Made by a program: the position numbers and the translations under genes. This document shows, piece after piece, positions 8,576-19,255 of a stretch of 64,000 nt of DNA. Origin of the DNA: an uncultured virus (IMG/VR IMGVR_UViG_3300024353_000008) (taxonomy: Duplodnaviria > Heunggongvirae > Uroviricota > Caudoviricetes); IMG/VR virus record IMGVR_UViG_3300024353_000008, one strand, 5' to 3'. How positions within the stretch are numbered: position 1 is the first letter of the stretch; each line of letters begins with the position of its first letter. A model generated the notes under the pieces. That model searched no databases, was not told where the DNA came from, and saw only the letters and a program-made list of their open reading frames with translations.

Positions 8576-9696
8576 GTCAAGTACGTGTCTTTAACTATAT
8601 ATCTGTTGAGTCTGCTTGTCCACTGTGTGGCAGCGATGATACTCTAAGAGTTGTAGAGATTGACAGTCTGTACTCTGTTAGGTGTGGAGCATGCTGGATA
8701 CATGGACCAATGGACAAATGTGGCACGGTTGCTGTTGAAAAGTGGAATGCACTAAGTGGTCAAGACGAGACAATCGTGAATGATCCTTTTATAAAGAGGT
8801 GTTGTCCGAATCCTAAGTGTGGTTCTGATGATGTAGTGTTACGAGCAATACCTATTGCCCGTCAGACAGTCTGGCGAATTGCATGTCAGAAATGTCGATT
8901 GCAGGGGCCTCTCCATTCCGTCCAATGTGAAGCAGTACACGCTTGGAATTCTTTGCCTCGAATAGACGGTGAACAAGAGAGAATCTATAATCCTACTCTT
9001 GACATGAACAATTGCCTCAATCAAGAGTGCGGACAGGAACCTGTCTTGATAGAGCGTGATGGATTCTGTCTAGTACAGTGCAATGGTTGCTTCATGTGCG
9101 GCCCGCTTGATAAAGACGTCTATCGTGCTGTTGAAAAGTGGAATGCACTGTCTGAGTCTCCATCACAAGAATGTGCAAATGAATCGCAGGTAGAGGAACT
9201 TGATGGAGTGAATTATTGTCCCATGTGTGGAGAATGTCCAGATGTGCAGGTTGATTGGTGGCCTTCAGGCGGAAGTTCTGCTCAAGTCTCATGTGAGTGT
9301 GGGATGCAAGGGTTGATTGGCCTGAGTGAACAGGAAGCGATAGAGTATTGGAATATGTTGTCTGGGTCTGATGGTGGATGGATCAGTGTGGAGGATAGGT
9401 TGCCAGAACCTCGTGCGACTGTGCTTGTACGAGTGATAGAAGAAAACGAGCCACAAGTTGCATACTTGCAGGATGACTATAAGACTTGGTATGTTCAACC
9501 TCTAATTACTGTGTGGTATAAAACAGTGGAGATGGTTACTCACTGGCAACCACTGCCTAGTCTACCCGCAGTCTGCAATCGAGAGAGTACAGAACAAGAG
9601 CAAGTACCCAATACCCAACAAGCCAAAGCTCTCCTCGACTGGTTGGCTACAGGTCTCGATGCTTGGCGAGAGATTCTAGGTGAGGAAAAGGATTAA
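8572..9696 (+). CDS. multi-Lar (restriction alleviation) Zn-ribbon repeat protein with DUF551
   Basis: 4x CPxCG...CxxC..GP....AVExWNAL, then WISVEDRLPE...VTHWQPLP. Confidence 0.75.
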   Translation: MSQVRVFNYISVESACPLCGSDDTLRVVEIDSLYSVRCGACWIHGPMDKCGTVAVEKWNALSGQDETIVNDPFIKRCCPNPKCGSDDVVLRAIPIARQTVWRIACQKCRLQGPLHSVQCEAVHAWNSLPRIDGEQERIYNPTLDMNNCLNQECGQEPVLIERDGFCLVQCNGCFMCGPLDKDVYRAVEKWNALSESPSQECANESQVEELDGVNYCPMCGECPDVQVDWWPSGGSSAQVSCECGMQGLIGLSEQEAIEYWNMLSGSDGGWISVEDRLPEPRATVLVRVIEENEPQVAYLQDDYKTWYVQPLITVWYKTVEMVTHWQPLPSLPAVCNRESTEQEQVPNTQQAKALLDWLATGLDAWREILGEEKD

Positions 9697-11342
9697 TGGG
9701 AGTACCGTCGTCTATCGTCACTCCTGAAGCGCAGGCTTTGGCAGACAACATTCTTGCTCTCTATCCCAAGAGTGAGATCAAGAAAGCTCTTGCTGAACTG
9801 CGCGTTAGTCCGAAGGAGTTGCGCAAGTACCGTGACGATCCTGCTGGATTCGGGATAGAGGTATTAAACGAGTACTATACACCTGATATTGTTAGAGTAA
9901 TGGAGTCGGTTCGGGACAACAGAATCACGATTGCGAGGAGTTCAAACCAGATCGGAAAAAGTCATTGCGCAGCACGGCTTGCTCTTTGGTTCCTGCTGAT
10001 GTGGGATGATTCTCGTGTCTACACTACGTCTGCTCCGCCAGAGGAAAACTTGAAGCGCATTCTCTGGGGTGAGATTGGATCATTGATAGGCAAACGGCCT
10101 GATTTGGTGTCCAACTTTAAGGTTCGCACGATGCTTGTAGAGCGGTCGCCTGATTCATTTCTTACTGGTGTTGCTATTCCAACCACTGGTACAAAGGAAG
10201 AACGACAGGCTAAATGGAGTGGGAAGCATGCTCCACACCAATTCATCATTGTGGATGAGGGTGATGCTGTACCAGATGAGGTCTATCTAGGTATTGAGTC
10301 GTGTATGTCTGGTGCTCACGTTCGTCTGTTGATCATGTTCAATCCGCGTCGTCGTAGCGGTACCGTGTGGCGAATGGAACGAGACGGAGAAGCTAATATA
10401 GTAGAGCTATCAGCCTTCAACCATCCCAATGTCCTGTATGGTGAGGACCGGGTTCCTGGCGCGGTAGATCGTGAGACTACCGTCCGACGTATCAACGAGT
10501 GGACGCGCCCGCTAGTCGAAGGTGAGAGACCAAGCGAGAAATGCTTCGAGATTCCACCTTTCTTGGTCGGTACGACTGCCAAGAGTCCACAAAGTAGTGA
10601 ATATCCTCCGCTTCCTGCTGGCTGGCGAGAGGTCATCAACCCTGCTTTCTGGTACATGGTGCTCGGGCTCTATCCACAACAGGACGAGAATCAGCTTATC
10701 AGCCAAGAGTGGATCAACAACGCGCGCGTGAGATGGGACACTTACGTAGCTGCCAATGGAATGGTTCCACCAGAAGGTGTTAGACCATTGCAAGGCGTGG
10801 ACGTTGGCGAGTTTGGACCGGACCCGAACGTGTCCTGTTTCCGCTATGGTGGGTGGGTAGATCGGTTCGTCGTGTGGAATGGGCAGGATACGGATGCAGT
10901 TGCAGACAGGTCTCTGGAACTGTATAGGGCAAAGAACTGTCTAAGAGCATACGTTGACGCGACCGGATACGGGAGCAACGTGGCTCCAAAGATGAGACGC
11001 AACAATGCAAATGCAATAGGTGTCAAGGTTGGCGAGGGACCGACGACCAGGCCAGCGGATATGGATGCAGACTTTCTACAGTTGCGGGATCAACTATGGT
11101 GGTCTTGTCGGGAATGGCTGAGAACTGACCCTGGCGCTATGCTTCCTCCTGATGAGATGCTGATTGAGGAATTGCTTGCTCCGACGTACAGCTATCACGG
11201 GACAAAGCGGAAACTAAAGATCATGGACAAGAACACGATGAAGGACATTCTGAAGAGATCGCCCGATAGAGCGGATAGTCTATGCCTGACCTTCGCTCCT
11301 ACAGGTGGGTGGACTGTAGGCGTTGCGCAGATAGGGAGATAA
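9696..11342 (+). CDS. terL: terminase large subunit
   Basis: Walker A-like SSNQIGKS, Walker B IIVDEG, FNP coupling motif, nuclease GVDVG / VDATGYG / SPDRADSL. Confidence 0.92.
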   Translation: MGVPSSIVTPEAQALADNILALYPKSEIKKALAELRVSPKELRKYRDDPAGFGIEVLNEYYTPDIVRVMESVRDNRITIARSSNQIGKSHCAARLALWFLLMWDDSRVYTTSAPPEENLKRILWGEIGSLIGKRPDLVSNFKVRTMLVERSPDSFLTGVAIPTTGTKEERQAKWSGKHAPHQFIIVDEGDAVPDEVYLGIESCMSGAHVRLLIMFNPRRRSGTVWRMERDGEANIVELSAFNHPNVLYGEDRVPGAVDRETTVRRINEWTRPLVEGERPSEKCFEIPPFLVGTTAKSPQSSEYPPLPAGWREVINPAFWYMVLGLYPQQDENQLISQEWINNARVRWDTYVAANGMVPPEGVRPLQGVDVGEFGPDPNVSCFRYGGWVDRFVVWNGQDTDAVADRSLELYRAKNCLRAYVDATGYGSNVAPKMRRNNANAIGVKVGEGPTTRPADMDADFLQLRDQLWWSCREWLRTDPGAMLPPDEMLIEELLAPTYSYHGTKRKLKIMDKNTMKDILKRSPDRADSLCLTFAPTGGWTVGVAQIGR

Positions 11343-11875
11343 GATCATAGGAGGTCATCATGGAGGTTCTAAACGCTATACTTGAAGGTTGTGCAATGGG
11401 AATCATCAGAGCACTCTCTCTAGCTGCAATAATTGGCGTACTCTATCTTGTCTACAGGATAGCAAGGGCAGTCTTTGAGCGATGTTTCAGGGGTGCTTAT
11501 TTTGGCTGCAATCCATTTCGGAGAATGATGAATGGTTTGTTTAACAGGTATCGCTAGGCAAGAGTGGCGCAGATTGGGAGGTAGAATGAAAGGCTTGGAT
11601 ATTCTTGTACTTGCTCTGTGTGATCCAGAGAATCAGCCTCACCAGTGGATGGGAGATTTTGACGCATTACTACAGGAACTAACTGACACGTTTAATGCAG
11701 AAGCAAGCGTGATAGACGAAGGTGAGGAGCAAGAGAAATGTACCAACTAGGCTTCCACATCGGTAAACTATGGTTCTGGACTGGAATCAGTTGTCCAGAG
11801 TGGATAGTTGAAAGTGTCAAGATTGGGTTCTGGCGTGAGTGGTTGGCATATCAGTTTGTGTAGGGAGGTGAAGTA

Positions 11876-12871
11876 GTGAATCAGTCGAACACATATACAC
11901 CAAGCACTGCAATGGCAAGATGTCCAAACTTTGAGTGTGGGAAAGAGGGTGTAAGTCTCATTGATATTGATGGCTTTCGTTATGTAGAGTGTTCTGGCTG
12001 TTACATGCGAGGACCGCGAGACACCGACCCTTACCGTGCAGTAGAGCTATGGAATGCTCTTTCTGGAATAGAGCATGGGTTGGGAGGTAGTTGTGGTGAA
12101 CAAGACAGCATATACAGTGTGGTCAAAAGCAACATGACTAGTTGTCCAAATCCTCTGTGTGGAAGTAGGAACGTGGGTATAGTTCCTACTGCAACGTGTG
12201 CATTCTACTACATAAAATGTCATGATTGTTACATGCATGGTCCGCATGGTGCCAATTCTATTTCCGCTATTGAAGCATGGAATGCCCTCTCCAATCCCGA
12301 TCCTGGCTGGATAAGTGTCAGTGATCGGTTACCGCACCCTGGCGAGTACGTCCATGCTTTCTCGCAGAGAGACGGTCACTTGGTGGCATTTAGGGCTCTT
12401 TCCACAGGAAAGTGGAGAGCAAGGTTGCTGGATGGCCTTCACTGGCACGGACATGACGATGACACGATAACTCACTGGGAGTATTTCAGGTCAGCGCCAG
12501 ATTTGCCAGAAGAAACAACCACACTATCGGAATCTGGCTGGATAAGCGTAAGAGACAAACTACCAGAGAATGGAACTCGTGTATGGATTAACCCAAAGAA
12601 TGCTACAGGCAAGGCACTCACAATGGGAATCACATATACGGATGGTGCAACATGGACAATCATTTCTCCTGGTAGCAACGGATATGTAGTCAAAGCCGGT
12701 AAGAGATTTAGTCCTACTCACTGGCGACCAATTAAGGTTGTACCTTTTCCATCAGATGAGCCAGAGAAATATAAAGTCTCTGACAATGATGTGTCTGGGC
12801 CTGGCTGGACAAGCGTGGAGGATTGGTTGCCGAAGAAACGACATTCTACGCGATGGAGTATGAGGAGATGA
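11876..12871 (+). CDS. Lar-repeat (x2) plus DUF551 (x2 and a truncated third) protein, paralog of 8572-9696
   Basis: CPN..CG...CxxCYM.GP....AVELWNALS; GWISVSDRLP...THW. Confidence 0.72.
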   Translation: MNQSNTYTPSTAMARCPNFECGKEGVSLIDIDGFRYVECSGCYMRGPRDTDPYRAVELWNALSGIEHGLGGSCGEQDSIYSVVKSNMTSCPNPLCGSRNVGIVPTATCAFYYIKCHDCYMHGPHGANSISAIEAWNALSNPDPGWISVSDRLPHPGEYVHAFSQRDGHLVAFRALSTGKWRARLLDGLHWHGHDDDTITHWEYFRSAPDLPEETTTLSESGWISVRDKLPENGTRVWINPKNATGKALTMGITYTDGATWTIISPGSNGYVVKAGKRFSPTHWRPIKVVPFPSDEPEKYKVSDNDVSGPGWTSVEDWLPKKRHSTRWSMRR

Positions 12872-13127
12872 GGGAGCATAGCAATGCAAGAACTGAGAGA
12901 GCAGGTAAAGATGTTGAAGGGAGAAAAGGACAAATGATCTACCATATAGGTCAAGAAATAGAAACAACCTATAGCAATCCTCCTGTTTCTGGGGATCAGC
13001 AATACAATGCAGGTGACATTGTTGATATTTCTGACAGTGATAGAGGAGAGATGCTAGCACAGTTTGAGGTAGCCAGCAGTGATGATCGTACTATCACAGG
13101 AAGGATTGTTCATATAGGAGAGAACAG

Positions 13128-13367
13128 TTGATGTTCAAGCCAATAGCTCGACTATGGCATAGAACGAAATCAGCGGTCGATTCTCTCTATGCTCCGTTTG
13201 AGCAAAGCGGGAAGCTGAGAGAGGCATACTTGGTTGCTATGGTGTGGGGCTACGTTGTTGCTGACGCTCTCCGACATTCCTTTATGCCTATTTCGATATT
13301 GCTACGGACGATATTGTGGGTGGGCTTAGTTGGAATAAGTGGGTATTTCTTTAGGAGCAAGGATTAA
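13128..13367 (+). CDS. small membrane protein
   Basis: two hydrophobic segments. Confidence 0.5.
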   Translation: MMFKPIARLWHRTKSAVDSLYAPFEQSGKLREAYLVAMVWGYVVADALRHSFMPISILLRTILWVGLVGISGYFFRSKD

Positions 13368-13880
13368 ATGAAAACTCTATCCAGACGTGACTTTCTGCAA
13401 AGCCTGCTGGCTGTGATCGGTCTATCTGCGCTCAAGCCTGTGATCGGACCTGCCTCAACCAAGCGAGAAGCAATCAGCGACATTCGGTGGTATTGGGATG
13501 ACTGTGGAGTGTATTGGTCCGCTAAGTGGTTGATAGATGATGGAAAGCAAAAAGGCATTATAGGCAATTACTACTGTGTGAACGATGACATGCTACGCGA
13601 TGATGTCCTAGAACAAGAACACGATATGCGGGAACGGTATGAACTACTCGACGGTGAAACCGGTATCAGGACACTTGACGAACTGCCCGCTGGTTCTATT
13701 CTCGATCTACCTGATATGGACGACTTTCTTGTATTGAATGAGTATCCAGATGGCAAGATCACTACTACTTACTATGCTGGTGAGATGTGGGAGAAAGTAC
13801 GAGTAATAGCACCTGGTGGTGAACAATGGCGGACTGTAAACTGGGATGGAGAACAGGGCAATTTATGGGTGAGGTGTTAG
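13368..13880 (+). CDS. Tat-signal protein
   Basis: MKTLSRRDFLQSLLAVIGLSAL. Confidence 0.75.
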   Translation: MKTLSRRDFLQSLLAVIGLSALKPVIGPASTKREAISDIRWYWDDCGVYWSAKWLIDDGKQKGIIGNYYCVNDDMLRDDVLEQEHDMRERYELLDGETGIRTLDELPAGSILDLPDMDDFLVLNEYPDGKITTTYYAGEMWEKVRVIAPGGEQWRTVNWDGEQGNLWVRC

Positions 13881-14132
13881 ATGACTAATCTAACTCGACG
13901 TGAATTCCTCCGTGGTGCTCTTGCTGTAGTGGGAGCGGGTGTTGGGCTTGTACTCATTGGATGGCTTGCTGATGAGGAGCAAGAGCGAGGAATTGAGAAG
14001 GAAGATTGTGAATCAAAGGCAATGAGCAGGCTTCCGATTTACAATTCATTCTACCGCATGCCATATAGTATCTCTATTTACAAGTCGGCAGTTTTTGACA
14101 GAGGAAGCTCCTATGCTCTAAAGGTACGGTGA
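13881..14132 (+). CDS. Tat-signal protein
   Basis: MTNLTRREFLRGALAVVGAGVG. Confidence 0.75.
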   Translation: MTNLTRREFLRGALAVVGAGVGLVLIGWLADEEQERGIEKEDCESKAMSRLPIYNSFYRMPYSISIYKSAVFDRGSSYALKVR

Positions 14133-14136
14133 GACA

Positions 14137-14352
14137 ATGAACAGACGTGACTTTCTGCGAGGTGTCGGTGCTGCAATTGGCGCTGTGGTGCTTGGGCGTG
14201 TGGTGGGAAGAGATATGAGTACTAAGCCTTGGAATGACTTACTTGAATCAGATGAGTTGGTCAGTTGTTCTATTACCCATGGCGTGGATGGCAATACTAT
14301 CGTTCAGGTTGTCGAGAAGAATGGTACTACTTGGCAGACGGAGGATTTCTAG
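14137..14352 (+). CDS. Tat-signal protein, possibly frameshifted into an Asp-box segment ending at 14546
   Basis: MNRRDFLRGVGAAIGAVVLG; overlapping frame ends WRTVDGGRTWTKV. Confidence 0.7.
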   Translation: MNRRDFLRGVGAAIGAVVLGRVVGRDMSTKPWNDLLESDELVSCSITHGVDGNTIVQVVEKNGTTWQTEDF

Positions 14353-14603
14353 ACGTGGATGATGGTGTAGACGAAAACACAGAATTCAATCTGTCCGATA
14401 GAGATATGGCAGAGTTGCCTTGGCAAGTAAGACTATCACGTATCTTGGGTAAGGGTGATATATGGGCACGAGAGGGATGGAGCAGGGTATACGATGGTGG
14501 AGTTTGGAGAACTGTAGATGGAGGTAGAACGTGGACAAAGGTATAGCGAGCATAGCTTACTTTTTTTGTTGGCTAGTGTCCGATAGCGGACAAGAGGCAA
14601 GAC

Positions 14604-15086
14604 ATGGATGAGAGGGTAGACATGATAGATACAGTAGTTGTCCTTGCTCTAAATGCTGATTCCGAACCCAACAGGTTCTTAGAGGAGGTTACTGGTAGAG
14701 TCTGGTGTCTCATATATGATGGCACCGCGAGAGAGAATATCAAGTTGCTCATAGATAGTGATTCTTTGGAACAACTGTACTCGATGTGGGCCTGTCAATA
14801 TCTCGTTGGTCCTGTTCTTCCTACGACTATAACCCTTTGGAGCCGTCTGCGTATGACCATGGGAAAATTCCGTCGTTGGATTCGTGGACAGAACGAGGAG
14901 CATGCAGAAGCTGTAGCACGGATGCAGACTGTAAAAACAGAGGCGGTTATGAATCTCTGGGAGGAAATGGTATCGAGACAAGCTATTATAGTTGACGGGT
15001 GGTGGTATCCACTACTGATTACTGGCGATAAGCCTGAGTTGGAATGGCGAGGAGTACAATGCTCCCCCTGTACCCAGGTACAATAA
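14604..15086 (+). CDS. hypothetical protein
   Basis: 160-aa ORF in a co-directional cluster. Confidence 0.55.
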   Translation: MDERVDMIDTVVVLALNADSEPNRFLEEVTGRVWCLIYDGTARENIKLLIDSDSLEQLYSMWACQYLVGPVLPTTITLWSRLRMTMGKFRRWIRGQNEEHAEAVARMQTVKTEAVMNLWEEMVSRQAIIVDGWWYPLLITGDKPELEWRGVQCSPCTQVQ

Positions 15087-15160
15087 ACGTCTCCCAAACA
15101 CTCCCGGAGACCCATTCCACTTCCGACTAGAGGTATTATGAATAGGAGAACAGAGACACA

Positions 15161-15604
15161 ATGTCGAACAGAGGATATATAAAGCAACTAGAACAACTTT
15201 TCAATGGTGTAACGAAAAACGAGAAGTTAGTCAATGCTTGCAAGCGAGATAGATTAGTTGCAGATGGCTTTGTAGAAATAGTGCATGACTACAACCTCAT
15301 TACTCCTGATGGTGTACGAGCATTCATCGTCTCGCAAGATTCGACTATAGGTGCTCTTAATAGGCCAGATACGATGAGGCTGCTTGTCGAGGTAGCCACA
15401 AGGAGATCACGTCATGTTTTGCCAGAGGAAATGGGATTTGGCGTTGAACAGTTTTCCAGGGTGGTAGATGACATTCTAAGTCTATCGAATATAGGTATGT
15501 CTACTATTTGCTTCATTTTTTCAGGTAGAGAGTGGATTGAGGTATTCGATGGTAATAGTGAATCGGGACCACGGTGGAAAGTTAGGGAAGGGTGTGAGTT
15601 GTAA
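15161..15604 (+). CDS. hypothetical protein
   Basis: AGGAG RBS, TAATG coupling to the next gene. Confidence 0.55.
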   Translation: MSNRGYIKQLEQLFNGVTKNEKLVNACKRDRLVADGFVEIVHDYNLITPDGVRAFIVSQDSTIGALNRPDTMRLLVEVATRRSRHVLPEEMGFGVEQFSRVVDDILSLSNIGMSTICFIFSGREWIEVFDGNSESGPRWKVREGCEL

Positions 15605-15846
15605 TGACAAACACGAAAGTTAAACAGACCAACAAGGTAGAACTAGAGTGGAAGGCTGCCAAAGATGGCCTGGAAGTCCATGCTGAGATCACAGATGGCA
15701 CAGTATCAAGTGTGACTATTCTAAGTAGGTACCCAGATAAGGGTAGACAGTCCTCGTTTAGTGTTTATTGCAGCAAGGGGTTGAATGACCTTCTCGAAGG
15801 ACTACAAACCATCCGAGACGAGGTTGCAGAGAGATTGAAGGAGTAA
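15604..15846 (+). CDS. hypothetical protein
   Basis: translationally coupled ORF. Confidence 0.55.
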   Translation: MTNTKVKQTNKVELEWKAAKDGLEVHAEITDGTVSSVTILSRYPDKGRQSSFSVYCSKGLNDLLEGLQTIRDEVAERLKE

Positions 15847-16484
15847 GATGACCTTCGAGAAAGCATTACTCAACACACTAGCAGGAGTGATAGTCGGAGG
15901 ATTCTTAGGAATGCTGTTTATCTATCTGGTTATTCAGGGAGGTGGGTGGTTGATGGATGAGATAAGATGGAGATGGGGAAGGGGAAAAAGAGGACGATGA
16001 ATGAACAAGTACAGGCTTTCGTTTGTGGTAGATTGATCTTTGCTGCAATCTTTGCTGTAGCAGGTATCATCTATGGCCTATATCGTCTTAATGCTTGGCT
16101 TGATGATCAAGTTTTGCAGGAGAGAAGATACTGGAAGGAGTATCAAAAGTGCAGGGCAGAGAAGTGGTTGCAGGGACGCGGGGTAGAAACAGGAGATTCT
16201 GAACAATGACCAACGAGCAACTGGCAGTGCTGCTAGATTCGATTGCGGATAACATAGAAGGAGAGATTAGAGCAATAGATAGTGATCTAGGTGAAACTGT
16301 CACACGGTCATCTAGTGGTGATGTGACTGTACTCAATGGTCTCTGCCTTGTTGCACATAACTTGAGACGACACGCCAACACTATGATGAATAGTTCGAGG
16401 AGAAGAACCGATGTTCGTCTACGTCGAAGCACCGCAAGTCCCTGACTGGAATAGTCTGGATGAGCATGGGATACCCCCCCACCC

Positions 16485-16502
16485 CATTTTCGGCCTTCGG
16501 CC
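16485..16502 (+). repeat. dispersed repeat, copy 3 (shortened)
   Basis: cattttcggccttcggcc. Confidence 0.7.
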
Positions 16503-16597
16503 CTTGCGCAGACCTACGATAGAAAGAAACCGACATAACAAGTATGCTTCCTCCCACCGGGGAAGAAATAGTATGTACAATTCGGAGGAAGCATATA

Positions 16598-19255
16598 ATG
16601 TACCAGATTAAAGCATACATCAAACGTACAATAGTAAACATTGTAGCTGTCGTTCTAGTTTGCATTGGATTAGCAGGAAGGGCGTATCGGAAAGCAAAGC
16701 AATACATTGTCAGAGCACTTGCCTTTGCTAAGCAGTATACAAGCAAGGCATTCTATTCTAGCAAGCGATGGACTACTACCAAATGCTTTCCGTGGCTCAG
16801 GAATGCTTGGTGGACTATCGACTATGCTGTTTCTCGTGCTTGGCAGTGGATCAAGCAACAGGTACCGTCCTGGCGTGAGATTCGTGCGCCTATTATTGTT
16901 GCCCTCGTCGTTCTCATAGCTATCTATGGCCCTGGGATCGTTAACCCTCCTCCAAAGCCTACTGTTACAGCAGGTTCCCAATCTCTTCACATAGGACCAC
17001 AGGTGGACCTATCCGACCTCGAATCGGGATCGGACGGTACTAATGCTGCACTGGGTTATACTGGCGACGCCTACTTCGTCTCGCTCACTGGTGACAACTC
17101 TAATTCCTGCGAGAGTTGGGATGAAGCCTGCCTTGGTATCCAGTACGTAATCGACAACAAAGTTACTGATGGGAATGGTGATGTTGTCTACTTGGGAGCA
17201 GGAGAGTTCGATACCGGCGAGATTCTGATCGACAAGTCACTCATGAGTCTGGTTGGCTCGTTCTCGACGATCATCGAGAACAGTGTGGATACCTCGAATG
17301 GTAGTGCAGTATTACGAGTCACAGGCGGTACTGTAACTATACGCAATGTTAACATCTTTAAGGATGACCTTGTTTCTCTCAATAGCTATGGAATCTATCT
17401 GGATGACGTGGGAACTATCCTGCTCGATAACATTCGTATTGTGGTACCTCCTGTCTTTGGTGGACCTCACACAGGCATATTTGTCGATAGTGGGGATGGT
17501 ATAATTATCAATGATGTTACAATCAGTGGCATTGCTGTACCAATTGGGACTGGTATTGTGTTCTCTGATACTGTTAGGTCTGGAGTTGCAGGTGGTCTAA
17601 GCGGAATTGGACGTCTAGGAATAGGAGTTCAGTTCACTGCTGGAACAGATGAAACATTTATTACTTCCGATGTAGTAATTGTCTCTTGCACTGTTGGTGT
17701 ACAACTTGATTCTGGTGTAACAAGCAATTCGATCAATGTCTCGATCACTGATTCTGTAGTCGAGATTCTGGACAACTCTGGTAATGCAACCAATACGGCA
17801 CGTGGAAGCATAACTTCTTTACGTACTGCTACTGAACATTCGGGCGAGATGTTCCCTGGCACATTCTACGTTGTAGATGGTGAGAATGGTATTGATACAA
17901 ATAACGGTAGGTCGCCAGATGAAGCGGTTGCCACGATTGGACACGCATTGGAACTGGTGAGTCCAGGTGATGGTGTAGTCATTCGCGCTGATGGAGTCTA
18001 CACTGAGAACATTGTTGTTGATACGAATGCTGTTCAGATATTCGCGGCTCCTGGTGTCGTGATCAGCGGGACAGGTAGTATAACTCCTACTATTCTTGTG
18101 ACTGGTGACAATGTATGGTTCCGACGTCAGATGGATGTGCTCGGTAGTGGTGCGGCTGTCTGCGTAGAAGCGAATAATGTCAGAATTGATGACATGACAG
18201 TTAATGCTGCTACCACCGCGTTCGACATGGATGGTAACAACATCGTGCTCAACAATACGCGGGCTACCGGATACACCATTTCTGGATATGATATATCAGG
18301 AACAGAACCTGATATATCAACAGCACACGCGGGTGGTTCTGGTGCAGCAACTGTAGGATACGTGATTAGTTCTACTGTCGATGGTGGTCTATTCCGGCAG
18401 TTATCCAGTGTACAGAATGTGGCAGCAGGAATTTCTGTTGCACTTGGTGCAACGAATAACATCTTTGTGGACTGCACGTCTGGCACAGGCGATGGAGACA
18501 GAGTTGACGCGAACCTTACCAACATGTGGTCAAACTATGTCGATACTCAATCTCGCTGGCGGCACGAGCACAACTGGCCTGCACACGCGGGCCAAGGCGT
18601 TGCATCAGACCCAACGACTGTAGACAATGAAGCCACAGACGACACTCCTGTAGTGAGGGATGATCAAGACTATTGGGGTGACACTATTGCACTGATACAG
18701 ATAGGTAATCTGGACACATCTTGGCGTTCTCTTGGCCTAGAAATCATCGCTGGGACTGCTAACAAGAATGCTGAGTGGCAGATTTTCTATCCAACACCAT
18801 CAGCAAGTGCTGCCCGCAATGGTGGTAATGCATGGGACTTGGCTGAGACTGTACTGACCACTGATGGAACATTTACTTTTCTCGTCGATGACGTAGTATG
18901 GATAACTAGTGACAGTGATCCTAGTGGCGAAATCATGCTCGTTACTAACGTTGCAGGGGCTGTCATCACTGTAGCAAGTGAGACACGTGCCAGCGGGAAT
19001 ACAGGATTGAGGTACAATCATGCTGGCAATGAGGTGATGTACTTGGCAGAACGTCCAGGCAATGAAGCCTGGCATGCAACAGAAGGTATCTATGCAGCGG
19101 CATCGAGCAAGGACTTTGACACGATCTACTTTGCCTTTGCACGAGAGAATCAGGCAAACAGTGCAATGGTTATACGGCTCGTGAATGGCAGTGACGATGG
19201 GATATTTACACTCACGATGAAACCGAAATATGAGGCGACCAAGGAACACGACTAA
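16598..19255 (+). CDS. pectin-lyase-like right-handed beta-helix protein with N-terminal hydrophobic/TM segments
   Basis: GGAGG RBS at ATG 16598; two (Y/F)V..G.D.N.G.S..A..TI caps followed by GD.V....G.Y.E; TM segment APIIVALVVLIAIYG. Confidence 0.75.
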   Translation: MYQIKAYIKRTIVNIVAVVLVCIGLAGRAYRKAKQYIVRALAFAKQYTSKAFYSSKRWTTTKCFPWLRNAWWTIDYAVSRAWQWIKQQVPSWREIRAPIIVALVVLIAIYGPGIVNPPPKPTVTAGSQSLHIGPQVDLSDLESGSDGTNAALGYTGDAYFVSLTGDNSNSCESWDEACLGIQYVIDNKVTDGNGDVVYLGAGEFDTGEILIDKSLMSLVGSFSTIIENSVDTSNGSAVLRVTGGTVTIRNVNIFKDDLVSLNSYGIYLDDVGTILLDNIRIVVPPVFGGPHTGIFVDSGDGIIINDVTISGIAVPIGTGIVFSDTVRSGVAGGLSGIGRLGIGVQFTAGTDETFITSDVVIVSCTVGVQLDSGVTSNSINVSITDSVVEILDNSGNATNTARGSITSLRTATEHSGEMFPGTFYVVDGENGIDTNNGRSPDEAVATIGHALELVSPGDGVVIRADGVYTENIVVDTNAVQIFAAPGVVISGTGSITPTILVTGDNVWFRRQMDVLGSGAAVCVEANNVRIDDMTVNAATTAFDMDGNNIVLNNTRATGYTISGYDISGTEPDISTAHAGGSGAATVGYVISSTVDGGLFRQLSSVQNVAAGISVALGATNNIFVDCTSGTGDGDRVDANLTNMWSNYVDTQSRWRHEHNWPAHAGQGVASDPTTVDNEATDDTPVVRDDQDYWGDTIALIQIGNLDTSWRSLGLEIIAGTANKNAEWQIFYPTPSASAARNGGNAWDLAETVLTTDGTFTFLVDDVVWITSDSDPSGEIMLVTNVAGAVITVASETRASGNTGLRYNHAGNEVMYLAERPGNEAWHATEGIYAAASSKDFDTIYFAFARENQANSAMVIRLVNGSDDGIFTLTMKPKYEATKEHD

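Noticed and set aside
14265..14546. Programmed -1 frameshift or TAG readthrough after the third Tat ORF
   Set aside because: No canonical slippery heptamer, and in-frame readthrough hits another TAG within a few codons. A simple indel or separate gene is equally likely.
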